DNA of 64,000 nucleotides from positions 153,512,001 through 153,576,000 of the forward strand of contig JBITNC010000001.1 of assembly GCA_050084985.1 (NCBI GenBank), in the 5' to 3' direction. Of this stretch, positions 1 through 13,779 are shown piece after piece. The stretch's first letter is position 1. Each line of letters starts with the position of its first letter. The position numbers and the translations under genes are program-made. The DNA is from Nageia nagi. Its lineage: Eukaryota; Plantae; Pinophyta. Below the pieces are notes generated by a model that saw only the letters and a program-made list of their open reading frames with translations, was not told the DNA's origin and searched no databases.

Positions 1-326
1 TAACTCTCTTACAAGACCTCTTTCTTCCTCTCCTACACTAATCCTAAAGATAAACTTTACTTTAATTTTTGTGTATAATCTCAAGAAGAAGGCCTTTTAT
101 TTATACATCAAAATCCTTCCTTGGAGCACCCTTTGAACCTTTGTAAAAAGGTATGACATGATTCACCCTTTTACCCAAGGGGAATGCTCATGAGAAGAAC
201 TAAGGACAAGTTATATTATACATATTATCTTAAATACTTAAGGTATCTATGGATACCTTTAAGTGTTAATGAATTTACAAGAATAATGTAAAAAAACTTT
301 ATAATAATGCATTATACATTCTAACA
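1..326 (-). repeat. 3' LTR of copia A (partial)
   Basis: Aligns to 4979-5303. Ends ctaaca at 326 and abuts the polypurine tract (ctcctcctt on +). Confidence 0.85.
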
Positions 327-1129
327 CTCCTCCTTAATGCAATATTGAGATAGATTAAATAATAGGGAAGAAAGAGAAAGAAAAATAGATTTTTACTCCA
401 TATAGATACAACTAGAGATGAAAACTTTACATCTTTGTGAAGTAAGCAAGATATTAGTTTGAGACTCACTACTTTACCATTATAACAAATGGTTTACAAG
501 AAAATCATTAACCAAAATTGGTTTCAATGTACATAAATAGTCATCCACATAGAAGTTAACATGATGATCCTCTATGAGCCTTCATACCTGAAGTAAGTAA
601 CATGCAATCTCAAGAAGAAACCTACAAGCTACAAGCAACTCAAAAAATAAGATTAGTTAGATGCATCATGTACACATTCATATCAATAAGGATAAATGAA
701 TCAAGCAATACTATCCATAAATTGATCAATGGTGCGTTATAAGTCATCATGAAGATGCCAAGCCAATACTCATAGTCACCTATTGTATACAAAATATATG
801 TTGATTATCATCACAAATAGATTATGATAAAATGCATATATGAGTCCCTTAGAAATGGATAACTAAATAATTCCAAAAGACACATACAAGTTTCTTACAT
901 ATAGATAATTGAATAGTGTAAAAATGATCTATCACACACACATATGAGTTCTTTTCATATGGATACTAATGATGTTCTATCATATGCTTAAGGTGTATAA
1001 ATAGTTCATCACACAAGAAGAACTAACCAAAAAGTACACACACAAATCAACACTATACAACCAAAAATTCTTCTAGGGATGAAGTTGTTGTAACAAACAT
1101 AAATTCAACAAAAGAATTCAAAGTTCACT

Positions 1130-4100
1130 CCCCCTTTCTAGGGCAACTTCACTAATCCAATACAATCCATGGGCTTAAAAAATTGAGTGTTAGAAAGGGG
1201 TTTAGTGAACAAATAAACAAAGTTCAAGGCAAATGGATAATATTCTATGTATGATGTCATCTAGAACCTTCCCCTTGATAAAATATTCTTGGATTTCAAC
1301 ATATTTTTTCTCTAATGAAAAATGAGATTCTTACCAAATAAATAGTCGATTGATCATCTGAATAAATATGAGATGGATGATCTTGATCATACCCAATTTC
1401 TTTCATAAGATGCCTAAGCCAAATAGCTTACTAGGCTGCAACAAATATGGCTCAATAAAATAGTAGGCTACTTATTGGAATCCAATAGATAAAACCTAAA
1501 CCATCTTAAACACATATATAGAGGTTGATTTCTTGCATCTGTATCTCTCCCATAGTCAAAATATAAAAACCTTGAGAGAATAAATGAGGTCAACATGGAA
1601 TACTTGAGATCAAGATCCTTCATTCTTGTAACATACCTTAATATTTTCTTAATAGCATTAAGGTGCTAACATATGATATTTGCATAAATTGTACCATCAA
1701 ATTTATTGCAAAGTAATATTAGCCTGAGATAGTCAAATACAATAGATTACTAATTAATTTCCTATAAGAAGTAGTATCTGCCAATTGAGAGTTGAATCTA
1801 AGAGATAGAGTGATTCTAAGAGTAATTGGGATCATAGTAGGTTTGCGTTCCTCTATTCTAAACTTATGCAAAAATATCTTATATATACTTGGATTAATAA
1901 AGATATGTACAATTCTTGTATTGGTACACTTGCATACTAAGATAGTAGTGCAAGAGACCAAGATCAGTCATTTTATAAGTTGCCTTAATTTTAGATATGC
2001 ACTCATTGATGATTTCATCAGTATTCTCAATGATTAGAATATTCATACACATAAATAAGAATCAAGACCATGTCTTGTCCCTAATTGAGCATATATAGAT
2101 TAGAGTTGGAGAAGTACATAGAGAATCCAATATCCACAAAGTATCCTAAAATATTTTTGTAACAAGCTCTAGGTACTTTCTTAAGTCCATAAAATGACTT
2201 CTTTAGCTTGCATATAAAGGACTCTTCTCCTTCAACAAAAAACCCTTCTATTTTATTTATGTATATTTTCACATTGAAGTCACCATTGAGAAACACACTT
2301 TTTACATCAATTTGAAAAGTCTTTCAACCTTGAGCTACTAAAAGAGCAAGGAGTATTCTGATAGTAGGCATCTTTTCCATGAGAGAAAAGGTTTTTTCAT
2401 AATTAACTTCATATTTACTGAGCAAAATATTTAGCCACTAACCTTGCCTTGTATTTATAAATATCTCTAACTAAATTATACTTAACCTTGTAGATCCACA
2501 TACTGCTAATCACACTCCTTTTATTGGAATAAGGAACCAAGTCCCAAGTTTCATTTTTCATAAGCATCTTGTACTCCACTTCATGGCTTCCATCCAACAC
2601 TCATGCTTTAAAGCTTTCTTGAATGATGAGGGCTCATTTTTGTTATCAATTTTGGTAAATAAGGATTTGTTCAAGGTCATACTTCTTATTATTCTCTAAA
2701 TTAGAGAATTTTACTCCTAATGAGACTTATCTAGATTGATATCTAACCATTTAAATGCAACTAAAGAGTCAACTAGATCATCAATATCCTCATTGGAAGA
2801 AGATTTCTTAGGAAGTTCATTGAACTTTACATCCATCGAGATGAACATTGTTCTATGGAATGAAACTAGAGCCTATAGCCTCTATGGTGAATGTCATAGC
2901 CCACAAAGATTAATTTTTCAAATCTCTTATCCAATTTCTTCCTTTTTCAAAATAATGTAGAAGGATTCACAACTAAACACCCTAAAGTGAGAAATGTTAG
3001 GTTTCTTTCCTATCCATACCTCAAAAAGAATTATTCCTTCAACGAGTTTTATGGTATACCTATTCAAAGTGTACATTTTTCCTTCATAAAGAGTTTTTTA
3101 TGAAAATTTTCAAACCTATCCTTTTCAAAGTACATGTGATTATTGCACATAAAGTTCAACAATCCAATCAATTGAGAAAGTATGAGACATGGAGTAAAGA
3201 GAAGAAACAAAACTAGCTTTAATATTCTTCTTCCCTTTGAAGTTCTTCATATTTTCATTCCCCTTATTATTTTTTCTATTGTATTTTTGTATCAATAAAA
3301 TTCTTTATGACCATATACATAACAAAAGTTATAATTACCATCGAATTTTAACTCGGGATTTGGTTTCTGTGCTTTACCCTTTCCATCTATTTGCTTGAAG
3401 TTATTGTTCTTTCCCTTCATTTCAAACTTCTTGGAGGTAGCAAGAAATGACTTCTTTTTGTACTTGAACTTCTTCTTGAAATGAGTTTTGGTTGCTCCTA
3501 AACCAATGTTATTTTCTTTTATATAAGAGATCAACATATTTTTGTTAAGAGTCTCCTCATGATTCAGAAGGAGCCTTGAAAGGTTCTTGAGAGAGAATAC
3601 TTCTTCATTATCATCAAGCCTAGTCTAAATAATTGTCATAAAGTTACTAAACTTTTAAGAAAGTCTTGTAAGAACATTGAATACCATGAAATCATCATTG
3701 ATCCAATTGCATCCAAATCAATAAGTTGGATCCTAAGGTCAATGATCTTGTTCAAATATATGAAAACATTTTCATCTTCCCCTAGATGACATTATAGCAA
3801 CTTTTGAAGAGGTGTAGGGTTAGGAGAGTACATGAGTTAGGGCATAGATCATCGATGATAGGGATAAAGGTGGAGATCCTTTTCTCTTTGTTTGAAATAC
3901 TAGGAGCATATGGTTGTAGGCTAAGGGAAGAAGGGTCAAGGCAACATGGTGGTTGGGGCTTCCTAAGCATCGATGGTATCATAATGAAGAGTAGTATGGT
4001 TGGTGAGTGCTAAGGAGCATATTTTAGGAGCAAAGCTACCATGTGACATGAGGATGGTATTAGGGTGTTGGGTTGGGTCACACCAGAGAGGGGTGGGCAC

Positions 4101-4190
4101 CATGCTATGCTACAAGCTAACAATGTTGGTGGTGGAGCAAAGGGCTATCAAGGATGGGGGCCAACCAACCAAGGGTTGTTAGCTTTACTC
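1130..4190 (-). pseudogene. Degenerate copia gag-pol with an internal deletion
   Basis: ORF-track fragments 1719-1961, 2081-2296, 2415-2600 and 3292-3537 carry RT and gag motifs, separated by many stops and frameshifts. Confidence 0.85.
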
Positions 4191-4791
4191 CTTGTTTTAA
4201 GTTGATGTTAAATTTTCAAACCCCCACTAGATTTTAATATTGGAAAAAAAAACTCTTTATATTTTGCAAAAAAAATTGCTTTATATAATTTTTTTAAAAG
4301 GACTTTCCCCCTTATTTTTAAACTAAATTTAAAAAATGCTCCTTATTTTAGAGTAAGAAAAAATTTCTCCACCTTAATTTAGAATGTGTAATGAAAAAAA
4401 AAACTTCCTTTTTTACAAAATAAAAGCCTCCTCTTTTTTTATTTCAATAATAAATAGTATATAAAAATTGTAATATTTTTGTACACTAAACTCTTTAATA
4501 TACAAAAATAAAATTATAGCAATATACTAAGCAAATATTGTAAAAATAAATTGTAACTAACATAAAAAGTTAGTATAACAAAAAAAATTGCATCATATTG
4601 CTACTTTTAAATATATTTTGCTAAAAACATGAACTAACACATAACACAAAATATGTTAATCTCATAATTAAATAATCAAAAAATCAAGAGGGTGGGAGGT
4701 TATACCTTCACAAACCTCTTTACCTCACCAAAGAATATGGAAGGAGTGGGATGTTCCTTCAAAGAAATATTGAGGAAGAGCCTTTACACCA

Positions 4792-4804
4792 AGCTTTGAT
4801 ACCA
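4792..4804 (-). other. Primer binding site (tRNA-iMet type)
   Basis: agctttgatacca on + is TGGTATCAAAGCT on minus, 2 nt from the LTR end at 4807. Confidence 0.85.
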
Positions 4805-4806
4805 AA

Positions 4807-5303
4807 TGAAAGAAATTAAGAATAAAGACTCAATTCCTATATGTCCAAGATTATATGAAAGCTCTCTCAAACATCAATACCAAAGCATAAATAATCTCAT
4901 TAATTGATACCAATGTAAATTGGTTCCTCCAACCATGTGAGAACATCCACTAACTAATATCTTTCTCATTCACAAAAATAACTCTTTTATAAGACATATT
5001 TCTTCCTTTCCTAACACTAATCCTATAGTATAGCTTTGATTCAACTTTTTGTGTGTAATCTCAAGGAGAGAGCCTTCTATTTATAGTTAAAAACCCTCCA
5101 TTGGATCACCCTTTTAACCATTGTATAAAGGCATGATATGCTTCACCCTTTTACCCAAGCAACATGCTCATAAGGAGTGTAGCATAATTTACATTATCAT
5201 ATTCACTTAAATACTTAAGGTATCTAGGGACACCTTTAAGTATTGGTGAATTTACATGAATAACCTTACAAAAATTTATAATAATACATTATACATTCTA
5301 ACA
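4807..5303 (-). repeat. 5' LTR of copia A (497 bp), shared with a tandem copy
   Basis: tgaaag...ctaaca on +. PBS on one side and a PPT (ccccccctt, 5304-5312) on the other. Confidence 0.85.
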
Positions 5304-5557
5304 CCCCCCCTTAATGAAATATTGGGATAGGGTGAAGAAGAGAGAAGAAAGAGAGTAAAAGAGAGTTCTCCTCCATACAAATACAATTGAAGATGAGAAC
5401 TTTTATATATTTGTGAAGTAAGAAAGATTTTATTTTGAGAATCACTACTTTACCATTCTAACAAATGGTTTACAATAAAACCATTACCAAAACTGGTTTT
5501 CAATGAACATAAAGTAGTCATCCAAATGGAAGTTAACATGATGAGCCTCTATGAACC
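5304..5557 (-). mobile_element. PPT and 3' UTR stub of a second, tandem copia A copy
   Basis: Continues to align with 327-~582, beyond the LTR boundary. Confidence 0.8.
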
Positions 5558-6745
5558 TTATGACACAAATATGCCACCTAGCATAATTATCTTATATTAT
5601 TAATTAAAGTAAATATATTTTCATAATTACACATATAAATGAAGAATTTGAAAACTAACAAATATGGGTTTGAGCATTTGAGAGCAAAAACTATCACACA
5701 AAATGAAACTATCCAAAACTAAAAAAAAATGCTTTAGAGCCATTTTACAATGGTCACCGTTTCTTCATAAAAACTTGGTTTGAATTGAAATTTAAAACTT
5801 GAGCTCTTAGTAAATCTGCCTACCTCTAGTACAAAACTTTAAATTCAAATCCTAAATTGTTTCTAAATTTTCCACTTGCAAAGTAGCTTTTTGGCCTATT
5901 TTGCAATAGTCAAAACTTGAAAAGTGAGAAATTATCTTTTTACAACTCATGGCACTTTTGTGTCATATTTTCATTAAATTTGAACCATATGCACATCTTA
6001 GTACCACCTACCTCCAATTAAACTTTTGTAGTCTAACTCTTCATAGTTTTCTTAATATTCCATCTTCAAAGTGGCCTCCGATGCTAATTTTACAATTATC
6101 CCAAAATGTGCAAAATTATCCAAGTACCAACAATGCAAACTATTGGTCAAAATACTAAGCTGATACCTCAAATACCATGTTGACCTATTTCCACACATGT
6201 TGATACATTTCACACTAATCCATCCTATCTGAACACATAGCAAAGAGAAATTGACCTATTTCACCAAAATTATCAAGGGATCCAAAATAGTATGAAGGTC
6301 CAACTTCCAACTAACATCAATATAACGTTGCAATTGGACCATCCAACATAGTCCATTAACATGCATGAGCAATGTTTTCAATAATTGGACCTTTTTTAAC
6401 AACTTTTGTAATTTTCACAACTTAGTAGCTACTTTTGAAATTTTGCAAGAGTGGGTTGAACCAATTTCACTTGAGCACTGAACAGGTCCACACAAGAACC
6501 AAACATCTTCAAATAGACTCCAAATGACTTTCTAACAACTTTTGAAATTTTTACAATATTTTGACAACTTTTTGATGACTTTTACAAATTCACACAAATC
6601 ACTTGCAACAACTTCAACCAAGCATCAAACATATCTTCAACATCACTAAAAAGCTTTTAACAAGCATAGACACTAATTGTTGACAAATAATCCCACTGAG
6701 TGTGTTGAAAATAATGACAATATCATTGATGCACCTTGTTCAATA
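5558..6745 (-). repeat. 3' LTR (truncated) of Sirevirus-like copia B
   Basis: Adjacent to the PPT at 6748-6756. 5558-~6215 aligns with 17148-~17780. Confidence 0.7.
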
Positions 6746-9700
6746 ATCCCCCCTTTGGAAATATTGGCAATACATGCACAATTTCTTTTAACTTCTTCTC
6801 CCCCTTTGACAACAAGTACAAAGGGATGTTGTAAACTAAACCTGAGCCTGTATATAAAATTTTTGGAAAAAAATTTGTACACTTAGTAAAAATCATAGAC
6901 AAGAGAAAAATAATACATAGGGAAAAAAAATGCTCCCCTTGAGAATGTGGTCCCAAAAGTTGGTCAATGCTTGGGAAGTGTGACCACTTCGAATATTTTA
7001 TGAAGGTACTCAAATACTTCTTTGGGAAATGGTTTGGTGAAGATATCTACTACTTTCTCTATTATTGGAATAAAATATAACTTAACCTCTCCTTTAGCAA
7101 CCTTCTCCTTCAAAAAATGATACTAGATAGCAATATGTTTTGTGCAAGAATGTATAATCAGGTTCTTTAAGATATGAATTGCACTTGTATTATCAAACAT
7201 GATTGAAATTGGCTCATTGATCTAAATACCAAGATTGTTTACCATTTGCTTGATGCATAAAACTTGTGTACAATAAGATTCTATTGCTATTACTATGCTT
7301 ATGTTGTAGATAAAGATATTGATTCTTATTTCTTATTGTACCATCCCACAGATTTTCACCCAAGTAAAATACACCTCCACTAGTACTTTTCTTGTCATCA
7401 ACACTCCATACCTAATTTGCATATAAATATACAATAATTGTGAATTCCTTCCCCTTGGGATACCATAAAACCATTATTCATTGTACCTTTGAGTTACTGA
7501 AATATCCTCTTCACTACAATCACATTTATCTCTTTGGGATTAGTTTGAAAATATGCAACCATGAATACTACCTACAATATGTGAGGTCTAGTAGTTGTCA
7601 AGTATAATAAGATCCCAATCATGTACTTGTACATATTTTGATCAATAGGTGGAGATTTGTCATCCTTGCTCAGCTTACAACATATCATCATGGGAGTGAT
7701 TACTGGTATGCAATCCTACATAGTAAAGTTTTTCAACATTTCTTGTACATACTTGATTTGTGAAATAAACATACCATTTTTCAACTGTCTTACTTGCAAT
7801 CCAAGAAAATATGCAATTTCACCTATCATGGATATTTCAAATTTTTTTTGCATCTTATTTGCAAAATATCTAGATAAGTCATCCATGCATCCTTAAAAAT
7901 AAAATCATCTACATAAACCATAAAAAATATTGATTTTCACTTTTATATTTAATGTAGATATTACTATCCATCATATCTTTTCTAAAGCCCTATTGGTGAA
8001 CATAAGCATCTAGCCTTGAGTACCATTCTTGGGGTGCCTATTTCAAATCGTATAGTATTTTTTTAATGTACATACCATGTTAGGATCATTTTCTATCTAA
8101 AAAACATCTAGTTGCTCAATGCATACTTCTCCCTTAAGTTTTCCATTTAGTAATGTTAACTTCCCATCCATTTGATAAACCTTGAAATTTTTGTAGACTG
8201 CTAAAGCAAGCAATATTCTTATTGCTTCTAGTTAGGCTACAAGTGCAAAAAGTCTCTTCAAAATCAATACTTCAACCTGTGCATAGACTTTAAAAACTAT
8301 TCTTTCCTTATTTCTAACAACCTAACCATTTTCATTTAACTTATTCCAAAAAAACCAACTTGGTACCAATAACATTTTTGTTTTTCATTCTTGGCACTAG
8401 CTCCCAAGTGTTATTTTTCTAAATTTGATTAATTCTTCATTTATAGCCTTTATCCAACTTTCATATTAACTTGCCTTGGTAATATTTTTAGGTTCTATAT
8501 TAGACAACAATGAAAAAATTCTTACCATTTTTCTCCTTGTCTAAACACCAGCTATGAGATCTTCAATTATTTATTTTTTGCGATAATCTCTTTTCCAAGT
8601 TATGATATGATTTTATTTCATCTCTCTTTATCTTTCCATGAATATTTACCTCTAAATACTCTTTGATACTTATGAATTATCTTTTGATTTATTTTCTACT
8701 TTTCTCTTCCTTATCTCCTTAAACAATCTCTTTGCAAATCATAAAGTTTTGACATCACTCTTTGGTAGTTCTCCCTTTTCATCAACCTTGACATAGTGAT
8801 TTCAACTAATTCTTCTTAGCATTTGTTATAACATTTTTAAACCTTTATTTATATTAAGTAACCAATATATATGCCTTCTATGCTCTATCTTCAAACTTAT
8901 AAGATTTTCTTTAGTTCTTTTGATGTAACACTTGCTACCAAAAACTTTTAATTGTCTTGTTTTTCTCTTTTGTCAAACCAAAATTTGTATGGTATATTAC
9001 TTTCATGCAACCTTACTATGCATTTGTTCTAAATATAAATGATTTTGTCCACTACCTCTTTCCAAAATTTATCTACAATCTTGCTTTCAATCAACATAGT
9101 TCTTACCTTTTCTTGTATTTCCCTATTCTTTCTCTCTATGATACCATTTTGTTGGGGTGTCCTAGCTCTTGAAAACTATCTCTTGATGTCATATTTTTCA
9201 TAATATTCTATAATATCCTCTAAATTGAAATTTACTCCTCTATCTAATCTTAAGCATTAAACCCTTTTTGCCATTTGATTCTCAACCTAATTTTTGAAAA
9301 CCTTGAACATCTCAAAAACTTTTGATTTATGCTTCAAAAACATTACCCATGTCATTCTAGAATATTCATCCATGCAAAACATAAAATATTTATCCCCATT
9401 TATGCTCTGCATTCTCATGGGTCCACACTTGAATTAGTACATAAAAGTTTCAAAGGTTTGATAGAATAGTACTCTTTTGCCTTGATTGAAATTTGAGTTA
9501 GCTTACCTTTTTGACATAAGATGCAAATGTTATTTGATGGCTTGTTGATGTTAGGAATGTCTCTTACAACTTTATTTGAACTTATTTTCACTAGATTATT
9601 GAAGCTGATATGCCCAAGTATCTTATGCCAAATTTATTCCTCATCCTCCTTTTGAGAAACATGATTCCTTTAAAGCCTCTATCAGTGTGTACAAATTTCT

Positions 9701-11820
9701 AGAAATCCTTATTCTCAGCTATTAATTTGCCACTATTTGCCCTTCTAATTTTACATCTTTTTTTTTTAAATATCACATTATAGCATTTATCAAAAACCAT
9801 TAAAAACACTTCTTTTGACTTGATTTTCCTACTATTTATATTAATTATGCCTCCTCCAACTATCTTGACTCGATCATTATTACCAAACTTAACCAAACCA
9901 CCTTCATATTGTTGCAATTTTCAAACCTTTGTTTATCTTTGGTCATGTGACTTGAGAAGCCATTATCAAGTATCCACAGGGTTGTTTTATCTTGTACTTT
10001 AAAATTTATTTGTATTATCAATTATTCCTTATCATTCTTTCATTTTTCTTTCTCCTTCCATACTTGTTTTACTTTAGGTTTGGGCTCTTGTACTTGTTCT
10101 TCATTTTATGTTTCTTGCATAGAGTTTTCTTAAATTTTTATATTTTGTCTCATAGATTGAAATCCTCTCTCTTGAAGACTATTACAAGAAAATTTATTTC
10201 TACAAACTCTTATTATATGTCCAACTTATGGTAGTCATAGCATTCTAACGAATATTCCATTAATGGTCCAAATGCATTCCTACTTACAAAAGTTCTTTGT
10301 GCACCATTAAATTTGCAATTGACAATTTATAACCATAATATTGCATTTAAAATAATAACCATTAAAAGAAAAGATTGACCCAATTTGTGATCTTTTCTAG
10401 GATTTGTAGGTGCTATGAATTACCTACTTTGATGCTAGACTTTTGTGAAATCATCATAATCAATGTTCCTCTCTTGCCTTACATCCTCTTTCACTGATTT
10501 ATTTTTCTTCTTTATTGAGAACTTTTGTATTCTTAGCCTCTATTGCATTTGATTATTATCCCTTTTCAAAACCCAAGCCAAACTTAATTGAAGAATTTTT
10601 TTGACTTTTTATTATTTCTTCCATCTTTTGGAACTGCCCTCAAGAATTTGATATGCACCAATTCCTAATTCATTTCTTCCAACTCCATCCTCAAGCCAAC
10701 TATCTCCTCTTCAAGTTTACTACAATTTTCAACTTTCATAGTAAGTTACACCTTAGATTTTATATAATTTTTTGGATTCCTCAACTTACAATTTTAAACT
10801 TGCTATAATGTCATTTAGATTATCAAGATTTTTTGATATTTTTCTATGCTTGTTGCTTTCTTTTCTAAATCAATGAAGGTTGCAATTAGTTTTCCTTTAG
10901 ATCAATTTTACTTCAATTTCTTCTTATTTTTTTTGTTCTTATTCTTTTTTTTATTATTTATCTTCAAATGCCATAAATAATCCTCATTGCATTCTTACTT
11001 GAACTCCCCACTAGAACTCTCATCTACTAAACTTGTATTTTTTGATATGAAGCTCTTCTTCTTTGGCTTGTTTCTTTTGAAGTTAGATTTTTTCACAATG
11101 CTTCTTTCATTATGTGACTTCTCCTCATTATTTTCCTTTTTATTATAAGGATACTTAGCTGAAAAATATCCAATCTCTCCATAATTGAAACATTTAAATG
11201 GTAATTTTTCTTTATATTTTCCCTTACGTCTTTCTAATTTACAAACAAAGTTTTTTTCCATATCATGAGATTGTTCTTCTTCCTCTAAATCTAATTTTGC
11301 ACTTTTTTTTACTTTAAATATTTCTTCTCTATCAGTGGATTTTTATTTTTCAATTCTCATTTCATATGCAATTAGCAAACCATGCATATCATCCATACTA
11401 AAACTATTCAAATTTTTAGCTTCTTCTATAGCTAAGACTTTAGAATCAAATCTAAGAGGAAGAGATCTTAATACCATTTTCAACATGACCAAATATTTGT
11501 TTTATTCTCCAATTCCTTTGATTGCATTGATAACTTCATTAAATCTCAACATGTAGGCCTCTATATTCTCATCTTCATTCATCTTGATTCATTCAAACTA
11601 AGCTCATTGCATCTACAACTTTGCCTCTTTGATCTTATCTTCTCTTTCATGAATACTCTTCAACTTATCCAAATTTAGTTTTCCATTATGCATCCCATAA
11701 CCTTAACTAGCTCACTATCTACCAATCTATACATGATCACATTATTTACCTTTAAATCATTCTTAAATAATTTCTTTCCTGCAACATAAGCCAGAGGAGT
11801 AGTGGGTTCATTGAATAAAT
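6746..11820 (-). mobile_element. Ty1/copia element B internal region, SIRE/Maximus (Sirevirus)-like, degenerate gag-pol
   Basis: Multiple PPTs (AAAGGGGG at ~6750 and ~6800, a weaker one at ~6935). RNase H ~7000-7400, RT ~7400-8500, integrase ~8800-9500, protease WILDNG..SHMT ~9940-9975. Long gag with zinc knuckle FKCFNYGEIGYF (10995-11261) and a further Cys-containing region at ~10200-10350. Truncated at ~11820. Confidence 0.85.
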
Positions 11821-11829
11821 CCTAATGAC

Positions 11830-12735
11830 CATTATAGATCATTTAGTGGTATTGAATAATTACGAAGCATGATTATTGATTTCAATGATGAATGTATGGA
11901 TTTTGTGTGTGCACTAATGAATTTACCATGTGGGATGAAGGGATCATCGCAAGTAAAATGATTTTTAAAACCTTGTAATATATTTACAAAACTATTTCAA
12001 AAAGGGCAAGGAATATTCTCTTCTTTTGAATTTAAATGTTTACTTATAGTTGTTAGTAAAATAGGGTGAGATTTTAAAAAGTGATAGTTAGAAAGGACTA
12101 ATATCACTTTTTGGATGTTACAAGGTATTTTAGTGGTTTAAGAAAATAATTGATATATGGCCCTACTTATTTTGTTTCTTTATGTTAGGTATGGAAAATA
12201 ATTGGTCATAATTTTCAGTTAATATAAAAAAATGGTCCAAGATTTTTAATACCACTACACTTATCAATAAATTTAATGATACCTACCACAAAAATTATTA
12301 AAGGGATGAGTAGATATTTATTTGGACATATTTGAACCTCCTTAACTATAAATAAGGGAGGAACCTTAGGATAATTCATTACCTATTTTATTTTTCATTA
12401 CTTTGGTTTAAGACACTATTGAGAAAAGAAGCCTCTTCCCCCTCTCAGGCTTAGGTGCTTTCCTTTTATTTTAAATTTTAATGTTATAGATTCATTTGGT
12501 ATTATTAATAAGTTTTTAAATGAAATAATTCTTAATGTAGGAGTATGAATATGGTACTACATATAAATGTTATAAAAAGGTTTTCAATGAAGATACATGT
12601 TATTTATCTTATGTGGATATATGCACATGAAGCTTGTTCCTAGATAAAGAGGGTGGGTGTAATTTATTAATCTATTTTCAAAGTTTACTAGGTAGGAAAC
12701 ATTGGACTACATTATTTGTATGGTGGGACATCACA
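11830..12735 (+). repeat. Probable LTR remnant
   Basis: Non-coding block ending in gggacatcaca, an LTR-like 3' terminus. No partner copy in the window. Confidence 0.3.
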
Positions 12736-12884
12736 TTTTAGTTTGGTTGAAATGAGTATCCCACTCCATAATTGCTCTCGGGAGTGTTCCTATCTTGGGA
12801 GTCTTCCTTTAGCCTTCTTTTTCTCTCTTCAATCCTTTCCCCTTTCATAATAATTTCTAGATAATTGTATTCCATGAGATTACA

Positions 12885-13700
12885 TTCATTTATGTACATT
12901 ATGCATTCATTGCAATCCATGAAATGTTGTTTGCATTATGTATTTTGATAAACCATTCCAATGTTGTGTATATTCCTCCACATTCGTATACATGGCTATT
13001 TGGGGACTCACAGTGATAATATTTGGTGTATAACCATTTTCAACTCTTCTTTTATGAATATCCTTACCTTCATTAAGAGCTTCTTTGATGGCACATGCTA
13101 GAAAAGTTTTGGCAAAGGTTTTAAATTTTGTATTCACTTTTGAGCATTGCATGCTCTTTCAAAAAAGCCATTTTGTGTATATCCTATCATCATTACAGTC
13201 TATGAATTGGTTTGCAACATGTTTATCAAATCTTAAGCCTTATGTTATCTCACATATTATATTAAAAGCCATAATATTTGATGAAAACTATTTTCAACTA
13301 CATTTTGATAGATTTCCATACCTTCTTCTCAAGCTTCTATGATGGCACATGTCAGAAATATGTTGACAAAGGTTTCAGATTCTAGATTTATGCCTGACCA
13401 TTACATATACTCAAATACCTATAATGCCTTCTTAGAAAACATATATTGTGTGATCAAGGCATTCAAAACCATAATATCCAATGAGAAACCATTTCAACTA
13501 CTCTTTAATGGATCTGCATACCACCTTCTTGAGTTATCATGGTGGTACATGTCAAAAGAATGCTAGAAAAATTGTAGAGTTTGGATTTACATTTGATAAA
13601 AGATTAGGTTAAACACCTCTATAATCCATTATGAAAACCATTAATATATCTACACTACCATAATCACACTATTGAATGATCATTTGCACCTTGAGAAGGC
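12885..13700 (-). pseudogene. PLS-class pentatricopeptide repeat (PPR) gene fragment, degenerate
   Basis: Three L-type motifs across frameshifts: VNPNSTIF..ILLTCTTMITQEGGMQIH*RVVENGF; GINLESETFVNIFLTCAIIEA*EEGMEIYQNVVENSF; KVNTKFKTFAKTFLACAIKEALNEGKDIHKRRVENGY. Also S/P-type remnants: IAMY..CGGIYTTLEWFIKIHNANNISWIAM and S*TVMMIGYTQNGFFERA. Confidence 0.85.
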
Positions 13701-13779
13701 ATTTCTCTATCCCTTGTCATGTGATTCCTCTCTCTCTGTGTTTCTCATTAGCAATTATGCTATGAGACTCATATGGGAT

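Larger units (their letters stand above)
1..5303 (-). mobile_element. Ty1/copia LTR retrotransposon A (degenerate; 3' LTR runs off the window start)
   Basis: Homologous LTRs at 1-326 and 4807-5303; the complete one has TG...CA ends. tRNA-Met-type PBS TGGTATCAAAGCT (minus) at 4792-4804. PPT at 327-335. Minus-strand remnants in copia order: gag zinc knuckle (NFCYVYGHKEFY, 3292-3537), protease-like motif (~3170), integrase C-terminus (~2960-3070), RT (KNETWDLVP...YKARLVAK, FLNGD, YRKLISNLLYLT), RNase H (~1200-1500). Confidence 0.9.
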
